Part shown: piece by piece, positions 51,968 to 62,200 of the stretch
How the letters are laid out: the number at the start of each line of letters is the position of its first letter
How positions within the stretch are numbered: the stretch's first letter is position 1
Virus record (IMG/VR): IMGVR_UViG_3300042890_006166
Coordinates: 32,001-96,000 of that record
Source: a virus
Length of the DNA stretch: 64,000 bases
Reading direction: 5' to 3' (one strand)
Made by a program: the position numbers and the translations under genes
The notes under the pieces: generated by a model
The model's database searches: none
What the model was told of the DNA's origin: nothing
What the model saw: only the letters and a program-made list of their open reading frames with translations

Positions 51968-53131
51968 ATGAAATCATCCAAAAAAATTTTAGTAGAAACT
52001 TCTAGTTTCAACTGGGACATTCCCAACAACTTCACGGTAAATCCAAAATTTAAAACCGCCGAGAAGACCAAAGTTTACTGTCATGAAAGTTATGCTTTGG
52101 AATTGTACAATCTGATGACCGGCAGCATGAGCGGGTTTAGAACTTCAAAGGATTTGTCCGCTGGGGGTTCATATTCGTGTGTTATTTCGGCTTCTGATTC
52201 CACCCACGCCTTAGCACAAACAGAGTCTGGGCAAACCATCTATATCGACCTTAAAAAAGAGTCCAAAGATGCTGCCAGATTGGGCCTGATGGATGCCATC
52301 AACTTTGAAGTGGGCTCGGAAATTCAAGCAGCCGTTCGTCAAATCGCCGGCACCTATTATGGTTCTGTCGTAGATTGTTACATTCAAAATTTAAAGGCAG
52401 AATTTTTCGACCAAATCAAAAAGCAAACCTTAGCATATGAGGCAAGGGTAAAATCCATCAACAAAGGGGGTTATCTGGTAGATGTCAATGGAGTTGAGTG
52501 TTTTCTTCCTGGATCTCTGGCAGCAGCCAACAAGATCACAGATTTCGACTCCTACATTGGCAAGAGATTTTATGTTATGATCGATGGTTATGTTGCTGCT
52601 AAAGACATCTTTGTTGTTTCTTACAAGAAGTATTTACACAAAATCATGGATCACAAGATCCAAGAATTGGATATGACCAAAAAATACAAGGGTCACGTCA
52701 CCGGAACTTCCGCCTTTGGTGTATTTGTTGAATGGGAAGAGATTTTCACTGGATTGATTCATAAAACAGAATTTGAAAATCAGGTCATCGAAGGTTTCAA
52801 TCCAGGCGATGAGATCGAATTTTACATTAAAGAAATTAAGGACGACAACCGTCTGACTTTGACCTTCGGGGAACCTCTAGAGAAAAATAAATGGATGTAC
52901 GAATTGAAGAAAAATGTAGAAGACGGCACCTCAGAACCCATGGATGCCATCGTTAAACACAAAAGAAAAAATGGTGCCTTAATTGAAATTGGAGACTCTG
53001 GCCAGCTTGCTCTTGTTCCACAGGAAAAACTGGGCAAGAATTCCAAAAATCTCCAGGCAGGAGATACCATTCGGGTTCAGGTCTATCAGGTAGATCCATT
53101 GGCCGGAAAAATATACGCTAGTCAGGTCTAA
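51968..53131 (+). CDS. rpsA: Ribosomal protein S1 (bS1)-like protein with about 4 S1/OB domains
   Basis: YEARVKSINKGGYLVDVNGVECFLPGS, YKGHVTGTSAFGVFVE...TGLIHKTE...GDEIEFYIKEI, GDTIRVQVYQVD; start placed at ATG 51968. Confidence 0.82.
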   Translation: MKSSKKILVETSSFNWDIPNNFTVNPKFKTAEKTKVYCHESYALELYNLMTGSMSGFRTSKDLSAGGSYSCVISASDSTHALAQTESGQTIYIDLKKESKDAARLGLMDAINFEVGSEIQAAVRQIAGTYYGSVVDCYIQNLKAEFFDQIKKQTLAYEARVKSINKGGYLVDVNGVECFLPGSLAAANKITDFDSYIGKRFYVMIDGYVAAKDIFVVSYKKYLHKIMDHKIQELDMTKKYKGHVTGTSAFGVFVEWEEIFTGLIHKTEFENQVIEGFNPGDEIEFYIKEIKDDNRLTLTFGEPLEKNKWMYELKKNVEDGTSEPMDAIVKHKRKNGALIEIGDSGQLALVPQEKLGKNSKNLQAGDTIRVQVYQVDPLAGKIYASQV

Positions 53132-54522
53132 TGAATTCACACTTCGACAAATATCAGGCCCTTTCATCATCCGTTCTAGGATTCGAATTTGAATTCTTTT
53201 CCGAGATGGTGAGAGGCCGAATTGTCGAATCTCTTTCTAAGCTGCTTGGAAAAAAGGTTATTTTGTCCGACAAATATCATTCTAAAATTCCAGTCAGCGC
53301 CGATAGTTTCAAGCTAGAACCAGACTATTCCGGAGGAAGCAAAATGAACGAGCTAATCACTGGACCCATGTCATATGGAGAAGCCATTCCGGTTTTAATC
53401 AAAGTTTTAAAATGGATTGAAGCCAATGGTTGGACCACGGATCGGTGTGCTTTTCAATTTTCTATTTCTTTCGATCCTCACGACAGAAAATTAGAAAAAA
53501 TGGAACGTTTGGATCGTATGAAATTTATTTTAGGAATTGATGAAGGTATAGTTTATTCGTCATTTGGAAACCGAACCAATAATGTGTATGCCAAATCTCT
53601 AAAGAAGATCGTACCAGTCAACAAATTTTCAATTTTAGAAAACATCACCACGATCGATCCAAAGTTGTTTAAGTTGCCTGGAGAGAAATATTATGGAGCA
53701 AATTTTACCAAATTACAAGATGGATATGTTGAGATACGCTATCTTGGAGGAAAGGACTACCAAAAGAAAATTAATCCTATTTTAGAAGTTACGGATTATG
53801 TTACTTTGTTGTTACATGATATCCTATCTGGCAAAAAGGTCTACGGAAAAGAGGACGTCCAAAAATTACAGGAGATGATGAGACAGCACACGAAGGTCGT
53901 GAGAAGTTTTTCAAATCCTGATTCATTCTTCATGAACTATCCAGATTTTCACGTGTTGGTTGATTTGAAAGGTTACGAAGAAAATATTAAAACTTATTGG
54001 TCACACATTAGGGAAAAAATATTTGATCTAATTGTTGAAGGTGGTATACAGGCTTGTTTTTTCAATTATGATACTTCCATTGGTAGATTCCAAATCAAAG
54101 ATGCCAAAAGCAAAAATGGATTGATTTTAAGGGATGTTGACATTTTTGACAGCATAGTTAAAAACGGAAAATTAGAGAACTGTAATTTATATGGAACACA
54201 GGTAAAAAATTCTGAGATTTATGACTGTAAACTAGTTTTTGGCAACAAGCTCTACGACAGCAAATTTCAAAATTCCATAGCAGACTATGGAAATTTGCTT
54301 GAGAACTGTTACATCGATTGTCCACAGCAGATGGTAGATTGTGAAGTCAAAGGTGGAGTATTGAGAAAGGCGGATTTAGGAAGGAACTCACTTATTTCCG
54401 AACAAACCGAGAAGGTCAAAGATTTCAACGAAATCCGTACCACACGTTTTATTTCAGATTCAAGGTTGAAAAATTTGAACGACCCAATCGCCAAGATCAA
54501 ATTTAAAAATATCAATTACTAA
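53131..54522 (+). CDS. Amidoligase (COOH-NH2 ligase type 2)-like protein with a C-terminal beta-helix-like region
   Basis: LGFEFEF, LEPDYS, NELITGP, KYYGANF, YVEIR; the C-terminus has short repeats (NCNLY..VKNSEIYDCKL). Confidence 0.65.
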   Translation: MNSHFDKYQALSSSVLGFEFEFFSEMVRGRIVESLSKLLGKKVILSDKYHSKIPVSADSFKLEPDYSGGSKMNELITGPMSYGEAIPVLIKVLKWIEANGWTTDRCAFQFSISFDPHDRKLEKMERLDRMKFILGIDEGIVYSSFGNRTNNVYAKSLKKIVPVNKFSILENITTIDPKLFKLPGEKYYGANFTKLQDGYVEIRYLGGKDYQKKINPILEVTDYVTLLLHDILSGKKVYGKEDVQKLQEMMRQHTKVVRSFSNPDSFFMNYPDFHVLVDLKGYEENIKTYWSHIREKIFDLIVEGGIQACFFNYDTSIGRFQIKDAKSKNGLILRDVDIFDSIVKNGKLENCNLYGTQVKNSEIYDCKLVFGNKLYDSKFQNSIADYGNLLENCYIDCPQQMVDCEVKGGVLRKADLGRNSLISEQTEKVKDFNEIRTTRFISDSRLKNLNDPIAKIKFKNINY

Positions 54523-54523
54523 C

Positions 54524-55309
54524 ATGACACTAGAAGAATTGATTCAGGAAATAAAAGATGATTTATCTGCCAGTTGTGCTTTGCCTTACAATTTGAACGA
54601 CCAGGAAATCATTAGGATTATCACAAGGGCGAAGGCATGGATGTACGACAACTACCAGTACGCTGTGGAAAAAAGATATTTTGTTTTAGGTGGAGCTTTT
54701 TTCCAAACCCCACAGTTTAGAAACACCCGACAAGTTCAACTCCCAGATAAAATTGTGACAGTCTTCGATGTCAGGGAAACCAACGGAAACGGGATTTCTG
54801 GCAACCCTGATAAGGACTTTGGAGATTCAAAATTGATTGGATCTGAACTTCTATTGTCTCCTTTTACTGGAGATAACCTTGTGTACAGAACCGTTATGTA
54901 TTCTTATTTTGATTTGGCCAAGGCCTATCTTTTGCCTACTTATGCCTTTAGCTGGAACAAAAACACAAAGAAGCTTACAATTTTGGGTAGGGACCCAACT
55001 CCCCCCATTAGGTCATCTTCCCCTCAAAGTAATGCTAGCGGTTACAATCTGACCCAATCTGTTGTTGTAAGTTGTTTTGTAGCAATTGAAGATTATGAAT
55101 TGTATAACGACGAATTATTCATCAGATATTGTTTTGCCAAGGCTAAACAATCTTTGGTTAAGGTTCTTAGCGCTTTCGATTACAACCTTCCAGGAGGAGT
55201 TAGAGTTAACACCTCAACTTTAAGTCAAGAGGCTTCTGCAGAGTTACAAGAGGTAATGAACATGATAAATGGCGAGAACACCCCATCTTATTTTCTCCAG
55301 TGGAATTGA
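54524..55309 (+). CDS. Neck/head-tail adaptor protein (gp13-like)
   Basis: I..A..W..D.Y, F.WNKNTKKL.ILG, LFIRY..A..K..L...L..F...LPGGV.VN...L..EA..E. Confidence 0.72.
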   Translation: MTLEELIQEIKDDLSASCALPYNLNDQEIIRIITRAKAWMYDNYQYAVEKRYFVLGGAFFQTPQFRNTRQVQLPDKIVTVFDVRETNGNGISGNPDKDFGDSKLIGSELLLSPFTGDNLVYRTVMYSYFDLAKAYLLPTYAFSWNKNTKKLTILGRDPTPPIRSSSPQSNASGYNLTQSVVVSCFVAIEDYELYNDELFIRYCFAKAKQSLVKVLSAFDYNLPGGVRVNTSTLSQEASAELQEVMNMINGENTPSYFLQWN

Positions 55310-55326
55310 AAAATATACACCAAATT

Positions 55327-55334
55327 GATATATA
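55327..55334 (+). promoter_or_regulatory. Putative late promoter GATATATA
   Basis: 27 nt before the endonuclease ATG. Confidence 0.65.
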
Positions 55335-55361
55335 TGTCAAATATTTTATCAATTTTTTTGT

Positions 55362-56567
55362 ATGGAAATTCTTCAAAAAATCGAATCTTGGAGGGGCAAG
55401 CCTGGACAAGCTTTTGGCTCTTATCTTTTTTTAATAAAGACCAATCCCATTTATGTCTCCGATTTGGAATCGTTGACTAGTTTTTTAGATTCACATTATC
55501 ACAAGGAATCCATTTCTATCCAACAGAGATTTTATCACGTTTGGTTCGATTTCTATGAAATCGAAACTTGTTTTCATTGTGGATCCCCTAGAAAATTTGC
55601 TAACATACCGAAGTTTTCTATAGATCGTTATGGAGAAAAACCAACTAACCCTGTGAATTACTACAAAACATGTATGTTAGAAAATTGTTTAAAGAAACAC
55701 AACAAAATTTCGACCTCACAAAGTTTGTTAAAAAAATATGGGACTAGCAATCCTATGTTAGTACCTGGAGCGATGGATAAATTGAAAGAAAGCAACAGAA
55801 AAAAATATGGAACTGAATTTTTCACTTCTACGGAAGAATTCAAATCGAAAACTAAAAAAACTTTTCAAAAAAAATATGGGAGGCATCCAACAAGTTTGAA
55901 AGAAACACAAGACAAAAAAAGAAAAACAAATTTGGAAAAGTATGGATATGAGAATGCCTTGGATAATCCGGAAATTAAACAAAAATCGAAAGACACAAAC
56001 AAACAAAAATATGGGGGGAATTCGAGTATGTGTTCAAACGAGATAAAAGAAAAATCGAAAGAAACTAACCGTAAAAAACATGGTGTTGATTGGTATGTTC
56101 AAAGTGATGAATTTAAAATTAAATTCAAAGAGACTATGATGGAAAAATATGGGGTTGAGCAGGTGATGCACTACACACCTTCTTTTGAAAAATCTCTGGA
56201 TACATCTTACAAGAAAAAATTATTTGTATTTCCTTTTGGTAGAATCGAGAAAATTCAAGGATATGAATGTTTTGCCTTGAATGAATTGATTAGCTCAGAT
56301 TATTTAGAGGAAGATATTATCGTCAACAACAAAGAAATTGAAAAATATACTGGAAAAATTTGGTACTTGGATTCTGAACAAAAAAAGAGAAAATACTACC
56401 CCGATATTTATTTGAAATCTGAAAATAAAATAATTGAAGTGAAATCTGATTATACGTACGATGCTGGATATACTATAAACATCAGAAAGAAAAAAGCCTG
56501 TATCAATCTTGGATTTTTATTCGAATTTTGGATTTATGACGAAAAGGGCAACAAAAAAATAAAGTAG
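55362..56567 (+). mobile_element. Putative free-standing homing endonuclease (Zn finger + KYG repeats + PD-(D/E)XK domain)
   Basis: CFHC...CMLENC Zn ligands; about 7 repeats of roughly 23 aa (..K.TN.(E/K)KYG...); C-terminal YYPDIYL..ENKIIEVKS; inserted among conserved structural genes. Confidence 0.7.
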
Positions 56568-56596
56568 CATATTTTTTTGCCTTCTTTTTTCCGCCA

Positions 56597-56604
56597 GATA
56601 TATA
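56597..56604 (+). promoter_or_regulatory. Putative late promoter GATATATA
   Basis: 19 nt before the gp25-like ATG. Confidence 0.7.
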
Positions 56605-56623
56605 AAGGGAAAGCAATTTCCCG

Positions 56624-56995
56624 ATGATAGAAATTTACAACAGAGACCCAGGAGATCCTCAATACAAATCCGATGTTTTAGAAACTACGGACCCGATCGA
56701 AATTTGTATCGGTCAGCTCAAAATGTTGTTGCTGACAATTAAGGGAGAGGTTCTTGGAGATCCTTCATTTGGACTTAGTTTAGAGGAATTGGTTTTCAGC
56801 CAAGAGCTCTCTCAGAAATCCCTCACTGATGAAATTGGTCGTCAAATTAAAAATTATGTTCCAATTTTCTATCAGCTTAACGGTTATTTCAATGTTGAAT
56901 TTTATGCCGGAACTCAGAGGGATATTGCGTATCTAAATTTTTTTATTCCGAGTTACGGAGGTAAAAGTCCTCTGGTCTCCCTGAAAGTAACTTAA
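56624..56995 (+). CDS. gp25: Baseplate wedge subunit (gp25-like)
   Basis: QLKMLLLT.KGE..GDP.FG..L..L.F. Confidence 0.8.
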   Translation: MIEIYNRDPGDPQYKSDVLETTDPIEICIGQLKMLLLTIKGEVLGDPSFGLSLEELVFSQELSQKSLTDEIGRQIKNYVPIFYQLNGYFNVEFYAGTQRDIAYLNFFIPSYGGKSPLVSLKVT

Positions 56996-56999
56996 TTAT

Positions 57000-58730
57000 A
57001 TGGCCACTAATATTTTCCAGAAAAATAATATTCTGATCCGGGGTCTGTTAAATGACACCTACAATTTTCTTCAAAGAACCTACAATCAAACCAGAAATGT
57101 GTTTACTGTGGCTTCTGCCTGGGGACAAATTTTATTTGTCTTGGAAAATATTTCCCAGCTAATTTTGTATTTTATTGAAGACTCAATCACAGAATTAAAC
57201 ATCTATCAGGCCAGCAGGGATTATTCCATTAAAAGCTTGGCCAGAATAGCAGGTTATGATCCTGCCAGAGGTATGGCTGCTCAAGGAGAAATTGCTGTTA
57301 CCTGGAATTTGAGAGAGTCTGATGTGGGCGGGGGAGCCATAATTTTGTCCGGTAGACCTAAAATTCAGTGTGAACAAAATGGGTTGATTTATACTTTGCT
57401 TCTGAATGGACCTTCAGTTAAAGTTCCTTTGAATCGAGGAGCAACATTCAATTTTAAAATGGTTCAAGGTGCTTTTCAAACATCCACCTTCACTGGAACA
57501 GGAGCTGCTTTACAAAGTTACAATGTTGTTTCAAAATCCGGTACTCTGATTGATCAATTTTATGTTGACATTTCCGTTAACGACGTTCCATGGAAAATGT
57601 ATTTTTCTCTTTATGATATTCCATTAAACGGCAAAGGATATTTGGTTAAATCTGGAATTTCTGAGGGAATTGATATTTATTTCGGAAACGGAAATTTCGG
57701 TCAACCCCCTTTGAGAGGAACTATTATAAAAGCCGAATATCTCCAAACCAATGGGTTCAGCGGCAATATTGCTTCAAGAAAGGATCTTCAGTTGACCTAT
57801 AGGTTTATGGATACTGGTACAGATTTATTTGGAAAAGAAGTTAATTTAAATAATTACCTTACAATTTTAGGAGTACTTGATCCTTCCTTCGGAAGTGATC
57901 CAGAACCAATTGAGCTAACCCGTCTGGTCGCTCCTAAAACTTCTCGTGCTTTCGTGTTTGCAAATTCCGAAAATTATGAAATCTATCTACAGAGATTTAA
58001 TATTTTTTCACAAATTCAGGCATTTTCAACTTTTGGTGATGACGTTCTAGATGATGATAATGTTGTGTATCTTTTTCTGGTACCGGATGTAACAATCAAC
58101 ATTCTAAGTGGGCAAGATTACTTTGATGTTCCTGCAGAAAGTTTTGTTCTAACTACCGCTCAAAAGCTTTCAATTTTAAATTTAATAGAAGATTCTGGCC
58201 AGATGATTGCCACGACAGTTGTAAAGATTTTAGATCCTGAAATTCAAAACTTCGTTGGAAATTTGGTTTTGTCTATTTTTGAAGGTTATGATCCTGAAAT
58301 AATTAAGGATAAGGCAAGAACTTCTATATCGGAATATTTTATTAATTTGAAGAGAAGAGATAAAATTCCCAAATCTGATATTATCGCCATTGTTGAGGCT
58401 ATTGATGGTGTGGATTCCGTTTCTTTTTATTTCGTTGGACAAGCAAATGAAGAATATCACAAAACGGTAGACAATCTACCTAACGCCAGTGCTGAACAAA
58501 AGAATAGACAAATTGGTTTAAATTCTTTTGGAGATATTGTAATTAACTCCGATGAATTAGTTTTAATTCGAGGAGGATGGTCAGATCGTTATGGTACCTT
58601 TTATGAAGTAGGTATTGTTCCAGGCAAACCTTCGGCATTGAACATTGATATTTCTTCAATCGTTCCGAAAAATTTGTCAGCACAATTGAATTCTGAACAA
58701 AGAGCAAGAATTATAGCCCAAAATCAATAG
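57000..58730 (+). CDS. gp6: Baseplate wedge protein (gp6-like)
   Basis: S....LARIAGY.P.R..AA, I.FG.G.FG..P..G..I...YL.TNG..GN, G.DPE.IE..R..AP. Confidence 0.82.
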   Translation: MATNIFQKNNILIRGLLNDTYNFLQRTYNQTRNVFTVASAWGQILFVLENISQLILYFIEDSITELNIYQASRDYSIKSLARIAGYDPARGMAAQGEIAVTWNLRESDVGGGAIILSGRPKIQCEQNGLIYTLLLNGPSVKVPLNRGATFNFKMVQGAFQTSTFTGTGAALQSYNVVSKSGTLIDQFYVDISVNDVPWKMYFSLYDIPLNGKGYLVKSGISEGIDIYFGNGNFGQPPLRGTIIKAEYLQTNGFSGNIASRKDLQLTYRFMDTGTDLFGKEVNLNNYLTILGVLDPSFGSDPEPIELTRLVAPKTSRAFVFANSENYEIYLQRFNIFSQIQAFSTFGDDVLDDDNVVYLFLVPDVTINILSGQDYFDVPAESFVLTTAQKLSILNLIEDSGQMIATTVVKILDPEIQNFVGNLVLSIFEGYDPEIIKDKARTSISEYFINLKRRDKIPKSDIIAIVEAIDGVDSVSFYFVGQANEEYHKTVDNLPNASAEQKNRQIGLNSFGDIVINSDELVLIRGGWSDRYGTFYEVGIVPGKPSALNIDISSIVPKNLSAQLNSEQRARIIAQNQ

Positions 58731-58732
58731 AT

Positions 58733-59263
58733 ATGGCACAAGATTTTAATCCAAATTTTCCACAAAACACCGTTAACTCTTACACTATGAGCGGTGTTAA
58801 ATTCAATTCAACAACACCTTCTTTCGAAACAAGTTCAGATTTGTATTTAACAGTTGAGCAAGCTCAAATCCGATCTTATAACTTAGGATGTTCTGGTTAT
58901 AGAACTGCTATCACCAATTCTGTAGGTCAAATACAATACGCTCCGTGTTCTAATTTTTCAACATATCAAACTATCATGAGGCAGATGACACCTTCAAATA
59001 CACAAAGGAGATGGTACGCTTTCGATCCAAAAGAAAACATCGACGATATAAGAGATTCTATTAATGACTTTGGGTATGAAGGATTTGAATATAAGAACCA
59101 AATTTTCGAAAGGACTATGTCCAATCTTTTATTTAGAGACCCAACAAAAAACTTCATTTTAGAACATTATCAAAGGGTTGTTTATGCTCTCATTGAAAGT
59201 GTAAAGCAAATTCGAAACTACTTTAATTACACAGTTCCTTTTAACAACAGAAGAGTTTTTTAA
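58733..59263 (+). CDS. Hypothetical baseplate-associated protein
   Basis: Between the gp6-like gene and the large baseplate gene. Confidence 0.6.
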   Translation: MAQDFNPNFPQNTVNSYTMSGVKFNSTTPSFETSSDLYLTVEQAQIRSYNLGCSGYRTAITNSVGQIQYAPCSNFSTYQTIMRQMTPSNTQRRWYAFDPKENIDDIRDSINDFGYEGFEYKNQIFERTMSNLLFRDPTKNFILEHYQRVVYALIESVKQIRNYFNYTVPFNNRRVF

Positions 59264-59266
59264 TTT

Positions 59267-62200
59267 ATGACAGGTCTAGATCTTAAATTTTTCAACAAAA
59301 GAGGAGATCCTCTCAATTTCGAATATGTCGGACCAACTGCTTCTGGTCCATTAACTGCAACGTTTAATTATTTATCTGATCCTACAACCACTACACCCAC
59401 TAGTGGATTCATGTCTTTATTAGATTTAAGTTCGAATACAATTTATCTAAGTGACACTGATCAAAGCGGTTTTTCTATTGTTCCTTGGTTTAATTCTATT
59501 GTTACTGCTTTAACGGAAGGAACAAAGGTAATGTTGACCTTCACGTACTATCCTGCACAAACTTTAGTTTGTGTTATTTCTGCTGCTACTATATCTAGTG
59601 GAGTTGTTACTCTAACATCTGCACAAATTTTGGGGTCACCCTTTATATCTTCAGGAACACCAGTTACCTGTGATACAAAATATGAAAATCTATCTGGAGG
59701 TTACTACAGAGGTTCTATTTTCTTCGATGAAGTATCTGCTGGATTGTATGAGAATGAACAGTTGTTTATCGTTCAGCAGTTCAAGGATACTTCTACTTCT
59801 AATTTATTTTTGGGTTTCCCTCACACTGGAGCTACTGGTTCCGCCAATTCCCCTTTTTGGAGAACCAGATGGGAAAATTCAACCTATGGAGATGTTGATG
59901 TTTCTAATATTATTTTTACATACCAAATTGTTGAAAATGACCCAGATATAGATGGTTTGCCATCAATTTTGAATTTTCAAAATTTGGCCGTCCCCATTAT
60001 ACAAAATTCAGGTGATGTTTATTCTGGAGGTTACATTCAAACACCAGAGTCTGGGACTCCATCGAAAGCTTTACAAATTAATATTGGACTGAATTCCGGA
60101 GATGTTGCTTCAAACATCTACGAAAGAAAATTGGTGATAGAAGACATTACATACGGTATAGAATCTCCTTATAAAATTGCAGAAATTTTATTTTATGGAG
60201 AGATTATCGGGGAAGATTCTAGGTTAGATGTATTAACTCAAAATTTAGGTCGCGCTTTTTTTGGAACAGATTCTGTTATTTTAAAGAACCATGATCCAAA
60301 TGAAATTCTACCAAACTACGTTGAAATCAACGAAAAAAGAAAAGAATTAATGGTTGCAGGGGAGGAGATTTTTCCCTACATTGGAAGTTATAAAGGACTT
60401 ATTGGAGCCCTGAAATTCTTTGGGTATCAAGATCTTCGCATCAAAGAATATTGGCTGAATTTGAATTTTAACAAGGTGAAATTGCAGCCTTTGCAACAGA
60501 ATCAGGAATTTTTGGATAATTACGGTAACACATTGTTTCCAAACCAACAATCCATGATAGCCGATGTTTTGGATAATCCTAATACCGGAAAATATCGTCT
60601 TATACAAACTTATGGACCCAACGATGATGGAGAATATGTATTAGATATTTCAGGGGAAGAAACTCTAGTTCCAAGCAGGACATACAAGAAAACTGCTTTA
60701 TTTGGATTGTACTATGATATAGTTAGAGCAAACGATGAATTAGACCCTTATGGATATCCAATCACGCAGGAAACCTTTTCATTCACTCAAGAAGAAGTTT
60801 TGTTGAAATTGTTTGCTTTGATGCAAAGACTAAAACAATCTTATCTTCCTCTAAATGCTAGAATCGTAGATATTACCGGGGAAGGAGTTTATTTTAACAT
60901 TTACAACACAAAAGAATGGACAGATTTTCTGGACAGAAGCGACATTGAATCCGGAAATAATGTAGACTTCATTGCAAATCCGGATTTTGGTTTTATTGAA
61001 GATCTCAGAGCCTTTGGCATAAGGCAGGATCCATATGGAATTCAAGCTCCAATGAACTACAACGATGTGATCGACATTAATGTTACGGTAGCAGGACCTT
61101 CTGGCAACGTATTTCGATTCTCTGATGCAACTGGAACATCAACCTCTTTGTTCCAAGCTTCTGGTAACAACCCCACTTTGAATTTGAATTTAGGAAAAAC
61201 CTACAATTTCAACTTGATAACTCCTGGTTATGATTTTTATTTGACTACTCAATCTAATTTGTCACAGATAGATCCTTTAGGGGTTGAAAACAATGGAGCA
61301 AGCGGAGGAACGGTTTCGCTAGAAGTAAATCCACAGGAACAAACGAACCTATACTATTATTCGTCAGTCAATACTTCTTTACTGAATGGCCAAATTATAC
61401 TAAGTCCTTCTCCTATCTCGGATTTTGGTAATACTGTTGCCCCTTTAACAAACAATCAAAATTACACCGGACAGCAAAACTCGGCGATGCAAACTGCAAT
61501 TGCTAATTTTTACTACTTCAAAGAAAACGGACAGCTTCAATTTTTAGGTGATTCAAGTCAGGATCCTATTCAATTTGTAGATCCAAGTACTGGACAATTA
61601 TATGTTAATCCAATCGGAATGCCTTTGATTTTGGAGTTGGCGGTGGACAGGTGGGTTTGGGATGAAATGGGTCAGTCTTGGAATTCTTTGAATTTGCCAA
61701 CTTTCACAACTCAACCTACAGCCCTCACCTGGGACACAATTGATTTTTCTGCCTACAACGAAATTGAGTGGATCATCCAAAAATCCTCCACGCAACCAGG
61801 AACCGGATATTTTTATTCTTTCAGAGGTAACATTTTAGATTTTAATAAACTAGCCCATTTTTTACCATTTACTGGACAATATGATGTTACGTGTCTTCTT
61901 TATGACTCTTTCAATTTTGTTAACCGTAAAATTAAAAAAACAGCAGTAACGGTTTCACCAAAAGAAATAACTCTGGATGCATGGACACGTTACAGAGAAA
62001 ATGAACTGTACATCTGGGAACAAACGATTAGAGATTGGGATTCTTATCAATCTATTTGGGAATACCCTGCAGAGGGTAAGACTGAAAATGAAGTTGCAAA
62101 AGAAATTCCCCCTGAAATTCTCAATTTTGCTGTTTATGGTAACAACGGTAATCAAGTACAAAATTTGCAAGTGTTTGCCTCAACCCCCGCGGTTGGTGCT

